Below, piece after piece: positions 45,218 through 55,781 of a stretch of DNA of 64,000 nucleotides. Under the pieces are notes generated by a model. It searched no databases. It saw only the letters and a program-made list of their open reading frames with translations, and had not been told where the DNA came from. The stretch spans positions 9,901 to 73,900 of the forward strand of contig JBBPIP010000010.1 in the NCBI GenBank assembly GCA_038040265.1, read 5' to 3'. Every line of letters begins with the position of its first letter. Positions within the stretch are counted from its first letter, which is position 1. The position numbers and the translations under genes were made by a program. The DNA comes from Chloroflexota bacterium (GTDB lineage Bacteria > Chloroflexota > Limnocylindria > P2-11E).

Positions 45218-46887
45218 ATCAGACGGCGCCCTCCGCGGGACGAGGAGCCGCAGGAAGCAGCGAGCGCCGCCCCCTCACCGTGCTGTTCGCCGATATCGCC
45301 GGGTCGACCGCGATCGCCGAGCGCATGGACCCCGAGGACTGGACCGCCATCGTGAGCCAGGCCTTCGCGCGAATGAACGCGACCGTGACTCGGTACGACG
45401 GGACGATCGCGCGCCTGATGGGCGACGGCGTGCTCGCGTTCTTCGGCGCGCCCGTGGCCCACGAGGATGATCCGCTGCGCGCGGTGCGCTGCGGGCTCGA
45501 TATGGCGCGTGCGGTCGACGAGCTCAGCGCGGAGCTGAGTGCCAAGGAGCCGATCGATCTCAAAGTACGTGTCGGGATCAACACCGGTCCCGTCGTGGTC
45601 GGTATGGTCGGCACGCAGGCCGCGAGCGAGTACACCGCGATGGGCGACGCGGTGAACGTCGCCGCGCGGATGCAGGCGCTGGCACGGCCGGGGACGGTGC
45701 TCGTGAGCGGCGCCACCCACCGCTTCGTCGTCGCGCTCGTCGAGTCCCTCGATGTTGGCGCGCTCGACCTCAAGGGGAAAGCCAACGCCGTTCAGGCCTA
45801 CGAAGTGACCGGGTTGAAGGAGGGGGCTACGGGGCGCGGCCTCGCTGGCATCCATGCGCCGATGATCGGACGCGACGCGCAGCTACGCCGACTTCGTGAC
45901 GTGTTCGCGATCGCCAGGGCGGGACAGGGCCGATTCGCTTCCATCCTCGGCGAGCCGGGCATCGGGAAGAGCCGGCTCCTCGCCGAGTTGCGCGCGGAGA
46001 TCGGGGGCAGCGATGGTCAGGTGCGGTGGGTCGAAGGCCGTTGCCTTTCGTATGGTCAGACGCTGCCGTATCACCTGGTGCTCGATGTGATTCGGTCGGT
46101 GATCGGTGTGAGCGGATCCGCCGGCGAGCCGGAGGTGCGCGAAGCGCTGGAGAGAGCTCTGCGTGAGCTCGTCGGTGAGGACTGGGCCGAGCCGTACGCG
46201 TATCTGGGGCATCTGCTCTCGCTGAAGCTCGCGCCAGAAATGCAGGCACGCGTCTCGGCCAGCGAGATGGAGGCCGTCAAGCGGTACGTCTCGTCGCTGA
46301 TGCAGATGGTGCGGGCGCTCTCCACCCGCGGCCCGCTGGTACTCGTGTTCGAGGACCTGCACTGGGCAGATGCCGCCTCGGTGGATGCGCTGCTCGCGTT
46401 CATGCCTCTCGCGGCACAGATGCCGGTCCTATCGATCTTGAGCTCGCGCACGGATCGAGACGCCGAGGGCTGGCGTCTTGTTTCGGGCGCGCGCGACCTG
46501 TTCGGTGACGCGCTCACCGAGATACGTCTCGATCCACTCAAGAGCGATGAGACGCGAAGCCTCGTGGCGAGTCTGCTCGAGATCGAATCCCTGCCGCAAA
46601 AGACGCGCGACCTCGTCCTCGCCAAGGCCGAGGGCAATCCGTTCTTCGTCGAGGAGGTCATCCGGATGCTGATCGACCGCGGCGCGATCCAGCGCGAAGG
46701 CGACCGCTGGATCGCCACCGCGAGCGTCACGGGGGTTGAGATACCCGACACCCTTCAAGGGCTTTTGCTCGAGCGGATCGACCGCCTGCCGCAGGAGAGC
46801 AGACGTACGCTACGTGTCGCCTCGGTGATCGGTCGACAGTTCGGTGTGAGCATCCTGGAGCGGCTCCTCGAAGGGAGAACCACATGA
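45214..46887 (+). CDS. Cyclase/AAA+ ATPase N-terminal portion of a second cyclase-AAA-TPR protein (gene split by frameshift)
   Basis: CHD (LTVLFADIAGSTAI, GDAVNVAARM) + P-loop (ILGEPGIGKSRL). Ends ...VIGRQFGVSILERLLEGRTT*, where homologs continue. 4-nt overlap (ATGA) with the next ORF in a different frame. Confidence 0.7.
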   Translation: MNQTAPSAGRGAAGSSERRPLTVLFADIAGSTAIAERMDPEDWTAIVSQAFARMNATVTRYDGTIARLMGDGVLAFFGAPVAHEDDPLRAVRCGLDMARAVDELSAELSAKEPIDLKVRVGINTGPVVVGMVGTQAASEYTAMGDAVNVAARMQALARPGTVLVSGATHRFVVALVESLDVGALDLKGKANAVQAYEVTGLKEGATGRGLAGIHAPMIGRDAQLRRLRDVFAIARAGQGRFASILGEPGIGKSRLLAELRAEIGGSDGQVRWVEGRCLSYGQTLPYHLVLDVIRSVIGVSGSAGEPEVREALERALRELVGEDWAEPYAYLGHLLSLKLAPEMQARVSASEMEAVKRYVSSLMQMVRALSTRGPLVLVFEDLHWADAASVDALLAFMPLAAQMPVLSILSSRTDRDAEGWRLVSGARDLFGDALTEIRLDPLKSDETRSLVASLLEIESLPQKTRDLVLAKAEGNPFFVEEVIRMLIDRGAIQREGDRWIATASVTGVEIPDTLQGLLLERIDRLPQESRRTLRVASVIGRQFGVSILERLLEGRTT

Positions 46888-48362
46888 CCGCGAAAGCCGA
46901 GCTCGGAACTCTCGAAGCGAGCGGCCTCATCCAGATCGCGGCCGTGCAGCCGGAGCTCGAATACCTCTTCCGGCACGCGCTCGTTCAGGATGCCGCGTAC
47001 AGCTCCCTTCTCAAGCAGGACCGCCGCTCGCTCCACAAGCTCGCGGCCGAAACGCTCCTGTCGTTGTACCCGGAACGGCGTCGCGAGCTCGCGGCCGTCA
47101 TCGCCATGCACTTCGAGCAGGCGGGCGAGCCAGGCAGCGCCGCCGAGCATCTGATCGTCGCGGGCGAGCACGCTCTCGAGCGGTTCGCGCAGCGCGAGGC
47201 CGTCGCTTTCTTCGCTCGCTCGGCTGAGCTGCTGCCCGCGGACGACCCGCGGATCGACCTGCGCATGCGCGCGGCGATCGGCTCCGCGAGAGCGGGTTGG
47301 ACGTTCAGCGGGCTGGGCGGTGCCATCGAGCAGCTCGGGCGTGCCATCGCGATCGCTGGCGATCGTGCCGATCGCAGGCTGCTCGCCGACGCCTACTTCT
47401 GGGTGGCGTTCCTGCGGCGGATGACCGGCGAGTCGCCAGACTCCAGTCCGGCACTGAAGCACGCGCTCGAGCAGGCCGAAGCCATCGGCACCGAGCTTGG
47501 GGATCCGGCGGCGCACGCTATTCCCAAGGCGTTTATGGGAGTGGGGGTGATGTTTAACGGCGAGCTGCGTGAAGGTGCCCAGCTCCTTAGCGAGTCACTC
47601 GATGAGCTCGAGGGCAGGACCGATGCGGTCTCGACGGCCATCCTTTCTGGGTTCCTAGCGATCACGTACGCGCGCCTCGGCGAGTTCGCGGAAGCGGAAC
47701 GTGCCCTGAGCCGCGCAGAGCGCTTCGCGGCCGAGGGGGATGAGATCGCGAGGCTGGACACACTCATCACGCGAAGCGCTATTAACCTGGAGCGTGGCGA
47801 TATCGCCGAGGGCTCGGCGCTCGCGCTGCAGTGCGCCGAGACGTCCGAAGCGCTTGGCGCCGTTTCCTGCGCGGTCGCCTCGAACGTCTTCCTTGGACAG
47901 GGCCGGCTCATCCTCGAAGATGCGGTCGGTGCGCGCGCGCCGCTCGAGCGCGGCCTCGAGCTCTCGCTCGTCACGTACATGGCGCCGATGCGGACGCTTG
48001 CGACGGGCATGCTCGGGTCGGTGAGAGCGCGGCTCGGCGACCTACCTGCCGGCGACGCTGGCTGGAACGGCGCCCTCGAGGCGGCCCGCGCCGGCAGCGA
48101 TCGCTTCGGTGAGGCGGTAACGCTCTGGGGTCGTGCGCGAACGTACGTCCGGCAAGGAGCGCCGGACTGGGCGGCTGCTCTCAGCGACATCGACAAAGCG
48201 GTCGCCCTGTTCGACGCGATGGAGGCCCGTCCATCGCTGGCGCGAGCGCTACGTGATCGGGGGCAGGTGCTGCGCGCGATCGGTCGCAACTCCGAAGCGG
48301 ATGAGACGCAGCACCGTGCACTCGAGATCGCAGGTCAGATGGGGTTGAGGGACTTCAGCTGA
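46884..48362 (+). CDS. C-terminal portion (AAA lid / TPR) of the same cyclase-AAA-TPR gene
   Basis: Begins ...ELEYLFRHALVQDAAYSSLLKQDRRSLH, the conserved motif that in intact homologs directly follows the ATPase domain. TPR-like repeats run to the end. Confidence 0.65.
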   Translation: MTAKAELGTLEASGLIQIAAVQPELEYLFRHALVQDAAYSSLLKQDRRSLHKLAAETLLSLYPERRRELAAVIAMHFEQAGEPGSAAEHLIVAGEHALERFAQREAVAFFARSAELLPADDPRIDLRMRAAIGSARAGWTFSGLGGAIEQLGRAIAIAGDRADRRLLADAYFWVAFLRRMTGESPDSSPALKHALEQAEAIGTELGDPAAHAIPKAFMGVGVMFNGELREGAQLLSESLDELEGRTDAVSTAILSGFLAITYARLGEFAEAERALSRAERFAAEGDEIARLDTLITRSAINLERGDIAEGSALALQCAETSEALGAVSCAVASNVFLGQGRLILEDAVGARAPLERGLELSLVTYMAPMRTLATGMLGSVRARLGDLPAGDAGWNGALEAARAGSDRFGEAVTLWGRARTYVRQGAPDWAAALSDIDKAVALFDAMEARPSLARALRDRGQVLRAIGRNSEADETQHRALEIAGQMGLRDFS

Positions 48363-49506
48363 TCTCCGAGGTCATCGTTAGCGGAGCGCTGGCACGCGAC
48401 AGGACCGCAGCCACGATCGCAGCGACGGGCAAGGCGAGCGCCGCGGTCGCGATGAATGGCAGGAGTGGATCCGCCTCGTAGAGGAAGCCGGCGATCGTGC
48501 CTCCCGCTCCAAAACCGAGCGCGAACGCGACCTGGTACGTCGCGTAACCCTGCGCCGCGCGCGCGGGCGGGATGATCCGCTCCACCGCGGAGGCGACCAC
48601 GGGGTTTGCGGCCTGCGTGGCGCCGAGGAGGAGCGCGGCCGCGCCGACCAGAGGTTCCGCGCGTCCGGAGAGCGCCATGAGCACGCTCGCCGCGGTCATC
48701 AGCGCCGCCGCGCCGAGTAGGGCCGGCACCGCGCCGATCGCGTCCGCGAGCCGGCCGGCCGCCACCGCAAGACCCGCCGCGCCGACGGAGACCAGCCCGA
48801 GATAGATGCCGAGCCGATCGAGCGGGATCGCGGCGACCTCGCGCAGATAGACCGGCAGGAACGCGAGCGACACGATCGAAAGCCCCGCCGCGAACGGCGT
48901 GATCGCAAGGAGGACCCAGAACGTCCGCGGCGGCCGAAAGGGGCCGCGCTCGACGTGCGGCGGCACGGCTCGAAGGCCGAAGCTGAGGGCGCCCGAACCA
49001 GCGAGCAGCGCCGCCGCGATCGCGATCGCGGCGCGGAACCCGACCGATGCCGCGATCAGCCCGGCGAACGGCGCGCCGATGATGTTGCCGGCGAAGTAGG
49101 CGCCGAAGACGATCCCGAGCGCGCGGCCGAGGTCCGCGCGCGGCGTCGTGGACGTGACGTAGGCGATGATCAGCGGGACTCCGGCCGTGCCGGACCAGTA
49201 CAGCGCGGAGCCGACGAACGCTCCGTGCCAGTCCGTCAGCGGCACGAACGACGCGACGCCGACGGCGGCGACGAGCGCGGCCGCGATCATCACCGGCTTG
49301 CGGCCGATCCGGTCGGCGAGGTAGCCGGCCGGCAGGAAGCACAGGACCGCGACGAGGTTCCCTGCGCCGAAGACGATTCCGATCTCCTGCGGGCTCGCGC
49401 CGAGGTCCCGCAGGTAGAGGGGCCATACCGCTGACAGAAGCCCGAACCCGGACCCGAAGAGGATCTGCGCTCCGGTGAGGATCCAGATGTCGCGCGAGAG
49501 CTTCAG
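48355..49506 (-). CDS. MFS transporter (12 TM); proposed CTG start
   Basis: The track ORF (GTG at 49293) begins inside MFS motif A (PAGYLADRIGRKPVMIAAA), between TM2 and TM3. The frame stays open upstream, encoding TM1-TM2 (LKLSRDIWILTGAQILFGSGFGLLSAVWPLYL), with no ATG/GTG/TTG. A CTG at 49504-49506 lies 5 nt after GAAGGGA and overlaps the upstream gene's TGA (CTGA). Confidence 0.7.
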   Translation of the reverse strand: MKLSRDIWILTGAQILFGSGFGLLSAVWPLYLRDLGASPQEIGIVFGAGNLVAVLCFLPAGYLADRIGRKPVMIAAALVAAVGVASFVPLTDWHGAFVGSALYWSGTAGVPLIIAYVTSTTPRADLGRALGIVFGAYFAGNIIGAPFAGLIAASVGFRAAIAIAAALLAGSGALSFGLRAVPPHVERGPFRPPRTFWVLLAITPFAAGLSIVSLAFLPVYLREVAAIPLDRLGIYLGLVSVGAAGLAVAAGRLADAIGAVPALLGAAALMTAASVLMALSGRAEPLVGAAALLLGATQAANPVVASAVERIIPPARAAQGYATYQVAFALGFGAGGTIAGFLYEADPLLPFIATAALALPVAAIVAAVLSRASAPLTMTSEIS

Positions 49507-50717
49507 CTGCGTCCCTTCACGACGCCGCGTGCGCGGCGTTCATCGAACTCGCTTCGCGCTTTGCGAAGGACGTCGGGATCGGCGAGGACGTCGATCGCCG
49601 TCATGGCCAGCGCCTTCGCCGCGATGAGCGCGCTCTGATGCGCCTCGGGCTGGACGACGGCCTCGCGGAACGCATTCGAGTGGCCGGGGATCGACTCCTG
49701 TGAGATCGCGATGTACGGGTGGATCGCTGGGAGAACCTGCATGACGTTGCCCATGTCGGTCGAGCCGACGCGCTCGTCGTCGCGGGCCTCGAAGACCTGC
49801 ACCCCCAGCGAGCGCATGTGCTGCGTCCACCGATCGGCGAGCGGCGTGGAGAAGACCATGTTCTCGTACCCCGCGTTCTCGTTGACCGTGACGGTGAGCT
49901 TCGTGCCGGTGGCTTTTGAGGCACCTTCGGCGCACGCGATGAAGCGGCGCAGCACCTCCTGCTGGTAGCGGCGATCGAGCGCGCGGATCGAGAAACGCGC
50001 CGCGGCATAGTCGGGGATCACGTTCGCGGCGCTGCCCCCACTCGTGATGATCCCGTGCACTCGCGCGTCCGGTCGCAGCTGCTGTCGCATGGCATTCACG
50101 TTGTTGAAGAGCTGCAGCACGCCGTCGAGCGCGTTGATCCCGAGATCCGGTTGGGACGCCGCGTGCGCGGACTTTCCCTTGAACTCCACCATCACGCGAT
50201 TCGACGCGAGCGAGTGCCGTCCCGCGAGCGACCGTCCCGAGGTCGGGTGGATCATCATCGCGGCGTCCACGTCGTCGAACCCGCCCTTGCGGATAAGTGC
50301 GACCTTGCCGCCGCCGCCTTCCTCCGCGGGCGTACCGATGGCCGCGAGGTTCCCCGGCAGTTGGTCCATGACCGCGCGCACGCCGACCGCGGCGGCGACG
50401 CCGATCATCGCGATGAGGTTGTGGCCGCATGCGTGGCCGATCTCCGCGAGGGCGTCGTATTCCTGGAGGATCGCGACCGTCGGGCCGGGGGCGTGACCTT
50501 TCGCATCGCCGCGATATGAGGTCTCGATGCCCTTGTATCCGCGCTCGACGGCGAACCCCGCGCCCTCGAGAAACTCGGTGATGCGCAGCGCGGCCTCGCG
50601 CTCCTCGTACGCGAGCTCGGGCTTGGCGTGGATCGCGCGCGAGAGCGCGAAGAGCGCGTCGCGCCGCTCGTCGATGGCCTTGATCGCGTGCTGCCCGAGG
50701 ACCTTCGGGCCGCTCAT
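49503..50717 (-). CDS. M20D-family amidohydrolase (hippurate hydrolase / aminoacylase-like)
   Basis: 404 aa. Metal-binding motifs: IGHACGHNLIA, GTPAEEGGGGK, MIHP. Confidence 0.85.
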   Translation of the reverse strand: MSGPKVLGQHAIKAIDERRDALFALSRAIHAKPELAYEEREAALRITEFLEGAGFAVERGYKGIETSYRGDAKGHAPGPTVAILQEYDALAEIGHACGHNLIAMIGVAAAVGVRAVMDQLPGNLAAIGTPAEEGGGGKVALIRKGGFDDVDAAMMIHPTSGRSLAGRHSLASNRVMVEFKGKSAHAASQPDLGINALDGVLQLFNNVNAMRQQLRPDARVHGIITSGGSAANVIPDYAAARFSIRALDRRYQQEVLRRFIACAEGASKATGTKLTVTVNENAGYENMVFSTPLADRWTQHMRSLGVQVFEARDDERVGSTDMGNVMQVLPAIHPYIAISQESIPGHSNAFREAVVQPEAHQSALIAAKALAMTAIDVLADPDVLRKARSEFDERRARGVVKGRS

Positions 50718-51367
50718 CGGGTCTGGTGTCCCGCGATGAGCGCGAGGATCACGCGGTCGAGCGCGCGATCCGCCTCCTCGAACAGGAGCGCGGCCTGATC
50801 CGATCCGAGCGAGCGCCGTCGTGCGACGTTCGCGATCTCCGACATGAAGCGCGCGCGGAAGAAGAGGAAGACCTGCGTGCCCTCGCCGAGCGAGAGCCCG
50901 TGGCGGCGAGCCTCGACCCCGTACTCGCGGCCGAGCACCTCGGCCTGCGCGATGAGCTGATCGCGCCCGACCGCGCGTGTCGTATCGAGGTGCCCGAGCA
51001 GCAGGTCGCTCATCCGCACGCCGCGCTCGCGGAACCAGCGGAGCGAGTCCTCGTCGAAGCGCGCATACCAGTCCTGCGTCGCGAGGTCGACGCGGACGCG
51101 CTTGAGGAACTCTGCGGAGACGCGATCGGGAGCTTCACCGAGCGCGGAGAGCGACTGACGGCGCGCCTGCCGCGGGCGGGGAAGCATCGCGTCGATCGAG
51201 GCGCGCATGAAACGGCGATGCCCGCCGGGCGTGGTGAAGACCTCGATCTTTCCGGAATCGGCCCAGCGGCGAAGCGTGTCGGGATCCACGCCGAGGATCC
51301 GGCTCGCCTCCCCCAGCGTTAGCCAGTCACCGCGCTCGAGCGTCGTCGCCTTGGAGATACCGCAAAT
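50714..51367 (-). CDS. MerR/excisionase-type HTH transcriptional regulator with C-terminal effector domain; start uncertain
   Basis: The complete HTH (DWLTLGEASRILGVDPDTLRRWADSGKIEVFTTPGGHRRF) begins upstream of the first canonical start (GTG at 51289). The frame is open back to a TAG at 51368-51370 with only ATT/ATC/CTG-type candidate starts. Confidence 0.55.
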   Translation of the reverse strand: MCGISKATTLERGDWLTLGEASRILGVDPDTLRRWADSGKIEVFTTPGGHRRFMRASIDAMLPRPRQARRQSLSALGEAPDRVSAEFLKRVRVDLATQDWYARFDEDSLRWFRERGVRMSDLLLGHLDTTRAVGRDQLIAQAEVLGREYGVEARRHGLSLGEGTQVFLFFRARFMSEIANVARRRSLGSDQAALLFEEADRALDRVILALIAGHQTR

Positions 51368-51397
51368 CTAGGCGAAGCTGGGTCGCGCTGTCTCGGC

Positions 51398-51565
51398 TAG
51401 CCGCCCCCGCAGCCGTTGCCCTGGTCCGCGAAGCCGAGGGCAGAGAACGCGACCGTGCCCAGGAGAACGAGCACCGCCTGAACGGCCACGACGATCAGGA
51501 CGATCCGCCAGACGCGGCTGACCTTGGCGGAGACCGGCGGTTCGGGTGTCGTGGCGACGCCCATC
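51398..51565 (-). CDS. Possible small membrane protein (55 aa)
   Basis: MGVATTPEPPVSAKVSRVWRIVLIVVAVQAVLVLLGTVAFSALGFADQGNGCGGG. Its ATG overlaps the upstream gene's TGA (TGATG). Below the 60-aa cutoff, so absent from the ORF track. Confidence 0.3.
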
Positions 51566-51929
51566 ACGTGTGGAGTCTACGCGAGAGCACCAAGGGCAAT
51601 GCGGACGGAATCGTGTAGAGGATGAGCCACGTCCGCCAGGCGAGACCCGGCAGCAGGATGTTGAAGTCGAGCGAATCGCGATACCACCAGATCGCGACCA
51701 GCACGAGCGCCGGGACGATCGCCGCAACGCCGTGACCGATGCGGAGCTCGTGTAGCCCGGCGCGGTCTCCGGCGCGCCGCCAGATAAGGAACGCGGTGGC
51801 AACGAGGGTGAACGCGATGACAACGTCGAGCGGGCCGCCCCAGGCCGGGAGATCGGACCGCGTGCTCGCGATTAGAAGGAGCGCGAAGGACACAACGAGC
51901 TGAAGGAGCGCGAGCGCGAGAAGCGTCAA
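51564..51929 (-). CDS. Hypothetical 4-TM membrane protein (121 aa)
   Basis: Hydrophobic (LALALLQLVVSFALLLIA...). 4-nt overlap with the upstream gene. Confidence 0.45.
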   Translation of the reverse strand: MTLLALALLQLVVSFALLLIASTRSDLPAWGGPLDVVIAFTLVATAFLIWRRAGDRAGLHELRIGHGVAAIVPALVLVAIWWYRDSLDFNILLPGLAWRTWLILYTIPSALPLVLSRRLHT

Positions 51930-52405
51930 GAGTTTGGGCTATTGCCGAGGATCGCGCCGCTCCTGTTCTGGAGGACCTTTTGCGCTCTGGGGCCGGGAAT
52001 GAGACAACCGAGGGCGCCCCAAGCCCTTACCCGCTGCCATCCGCCGCGACCGTTCGGTCGTTCGAGTACCGCGCTGTCCGCCTTCCCGAAAAGGTACCGC
52101 TCGACGATCCGGTACTCGCCCGAGATAACGCCAGTAACCGCTTCGATGCAATCATCGAAGACTTCCTGTTTCCGGCAGGGAAACCATTCGACCCAGAAGT
52201 TCTTGCCCACGTTCAGATGGAGCTCGTCCAAGTTTTGGAGATTGATGCTTACGTTGAAGTCAAGGCCGGGCTGGGCGGGGATGTCAGCGATGGCATGAAC
52301 AGAGGGGTGCTCGCGTCGCACGTCCATGCGAAGCGATGGGAATTGGCTCCGTATTTTCTCGAGAGCTTGATCGAACCGCTCAATCTCTACCTTGCGCGTG
52401 CCCAT
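51926..52405 (-). CDS. Hypothetical cytoplasmic protein (159 aa)
   Basis: Coding-like composition. First gene of a three-gene run of overlapping small genes (51398..52405). No recognisable family. Confidence 0.45.
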   Translation of the reverse strand: MGTRKVEIERFDQALEKIRSQFPSLRMDVRREHPSVHAIADIPAQPGLDFNVSINLQNLDELHLNVGKNFWVEWFPCRKQEVFDDCIEAVTGVISGEYRIVERYLFGKADSAVLERPNGRGGWQRVRAWGALGCLIPGPRAQKVLQNRSGAILGNSPNS

Positions 52406-52413
52406 CGGCCTGG

Positions 52414-54249
<1,836 letters not shown>

Positions 54250-54343
54250 AGATGTAATTGTCGGGCATGGCGAACCCGCGGAAGTGAGTGTTTCGACTCT
54301 AAACGGCGCGAAAAGCGACCCAGGCGCGCTTGCGCCGGTGGTA

Positions 54344-54985
54344 TTACGCCACGTTGACGACGAACGTGAAGGTGCCGGTGACCGGGCTCGTGGCCGTATT
54401 CAGCTTCACGAGCATCTGCGAGCTGTAGATGGAGTCAGCCTCGTTCTGCGAAACGCCGGGGAAGAAGAGCTGCGATGTATAGGTCTGACCGTTCACCGTG
54501 ACCTTGAAGTGGATGTGCTCGGTGCGTCCCGGATACAGGCCAGGGATCACGGTCTCCAGCTTGTAGGCGCCATTCGCGTCGGTCAGCTGCCATCCGCGCA
54601 GGGTGTACCCCGAGTTGTCGTAGTTCCCGTTGCCGTCGGCCTGCCAGAAGTCGAGCCTCGCGTTCGCGATCGGCTGGCATGACTTGGAGACGACGTATCC
54701 GGTGAGGGTAAGCGGAGTGCCAGCGACTCCCGCCGTGCGCAGCGTCGCGTTCTGCGGTGGGTTGGCGGTGTAGTAGGGCCCCTCGGTGAGCTGGACGAGC
54801 GGCGTTGCCGGTGCGGTGCATGCGAGCGTGGCGCTCGCCGCCTGCGTTGCGGTCGCCGAGGTCGTCGGCGCGCTCGTCGCCGTAACCGTCGATGACGCGA
54901 CCGGCGTCGCGGTCGGAGCTGCCGCGGTGCTGCCCGCGCATCCGGCGATGAGGACCGAGATGATCGTCGCTGCTGCAAATCGCAT
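54344..54985 (-). CDS. Secreted lipoprotein with intradiol ring-cleavage dioxygenase-like (Dioxygenase_C) domain
   Basis: Lipobox (LIAGCAG) plus a Thr/Ala/Ser-rich linker. C-terminal domain motifs: [29 protein letters not shown] and [10 protein letters not shown], matching the catechol/protocatechuate dioxygenase fold. Start taken at MRFAAATI. Confidence 0.65.
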   Translation of the reverse strand: MRFAAATIISVLIAGCAGSTAAAPTATPVASSTVTATSAPTTSATATQAASATLACTAPATPLVQLTEGPYYTANPPQNATLRTAGVAGTPLTLTGYVVSKSCQPIANARLDFWQADGNGNYDNSGYTLRGWQLTDANGAYKLETVIPGLYPGRTEHIHFKVTVNGQTYTSQLFFPGVSQNEADSIYSSQMLVKLNTATSPVTGTFTFVVNVA

Positions 54986-55169
54986 CGCGCACATCATGGC
55001 GGGGCCGCGAGGCTCTTGGGGTAAGACTTCGCTAAAGAGAGCTAGCTCGGCGCGTGGAACAGAAGCGCAACCGCGGGCTCGGCTACTGGGGCTGGCTGGC
55101 CGTGATCATTCTCGTGATCGTGCTTGCGTATGGATTGCTCTACGCATACCGCGCGTTCTCCCCACCGAT

Positions 55170-55745
55170 CTAACTACACCGGGCGGGCTTGCCCTTTGGC
55201 GTGTCGGGTGGTGGCGGCACGACACCGAACATCTTCGCGAGCTCAGCCGGCATCACGTGCGACGGCTCTTCGTCGAAGATCGCGGTCGTCCGCTCGAGCG
55301 CGCGAGCGACTAATCCGCTGCAGATCTGCTGGCCAGCGAATCCGAAGCTGACCTTCGCGCCGGTGAGGAGCGAGAGCGTGATGCTCACGATCTTGGCCCA
55401 GTCGTACTGGCCGCCCACCCAGTGTTCGGCGAACGCGACCATCTGCTTGCGGTCCTCGTCCGACGCTTCGATATGGACGACCGTGTACTGCGTGCCGTCG
55501 TAAGCCGCGAGCGTGTTCCGTTGCACGCCGGGCCCGAGCGCCTCGATGAGCGCGCCGTCCGCCGACACGATCAGCGCGCTGTGATTCCAGTACGTGTACG
55601 CGCGGTCGTCGTCCATGAAGCGAAGGCGCTGCCCGAACTGGATGACACGGCTGAAGAACTCACCGCCGTGCGTGAGGATGAAGTCGCCGGGCAGCGGGTC
55701 GGGATCGGTCTGGCCGGGCGGGATGTGCTCGAACCTCGCGTGCAT
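55170..55745 (-). CDS. Hypothetical protein, possibly a permuted papain-fold (YiiX/DUF830-like) amidase
   Basis: 191 aa with His (YTYWNHSALIV) before Cys (QQICSGLVARALE), the order expected for permuted NlpC/P60 enzymes. The assignment is tentative. Confidence 0.4.
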   Translation of the reverse strand: MHARFEHIPPGQTDPDPLPGDFILTHGGEFFSRVIQFGQRLRFMDDDRAYTYWNHSALIVSADGALIEALGPGVQRNTLAAYDGTQYTVVHIEASDEDRKQMVAFAEHWVGGQYDWAKIVSITLSLLTGAKVSFGFAGQQICSGLVARALERTTAIFDEEPSHVMPAELAKMFGVVPPPPDTPKGKPARCS

Positions 55746-55781
55746 CGCCGTCCGAGCCTAGCGGCCGAAAGGCTCCGCGCA

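Noticed and set aside
55049-55172. 41-aa possible small TM ORF (GTG...GLGYWGWLAVIILVIVLAYGLLYAYRAFSPPI) in the 54998-55169 intergenic region
   Set aside because: Too short, with no clear RBS. It could be a real small membrane protein, but the evidence is insufficient.
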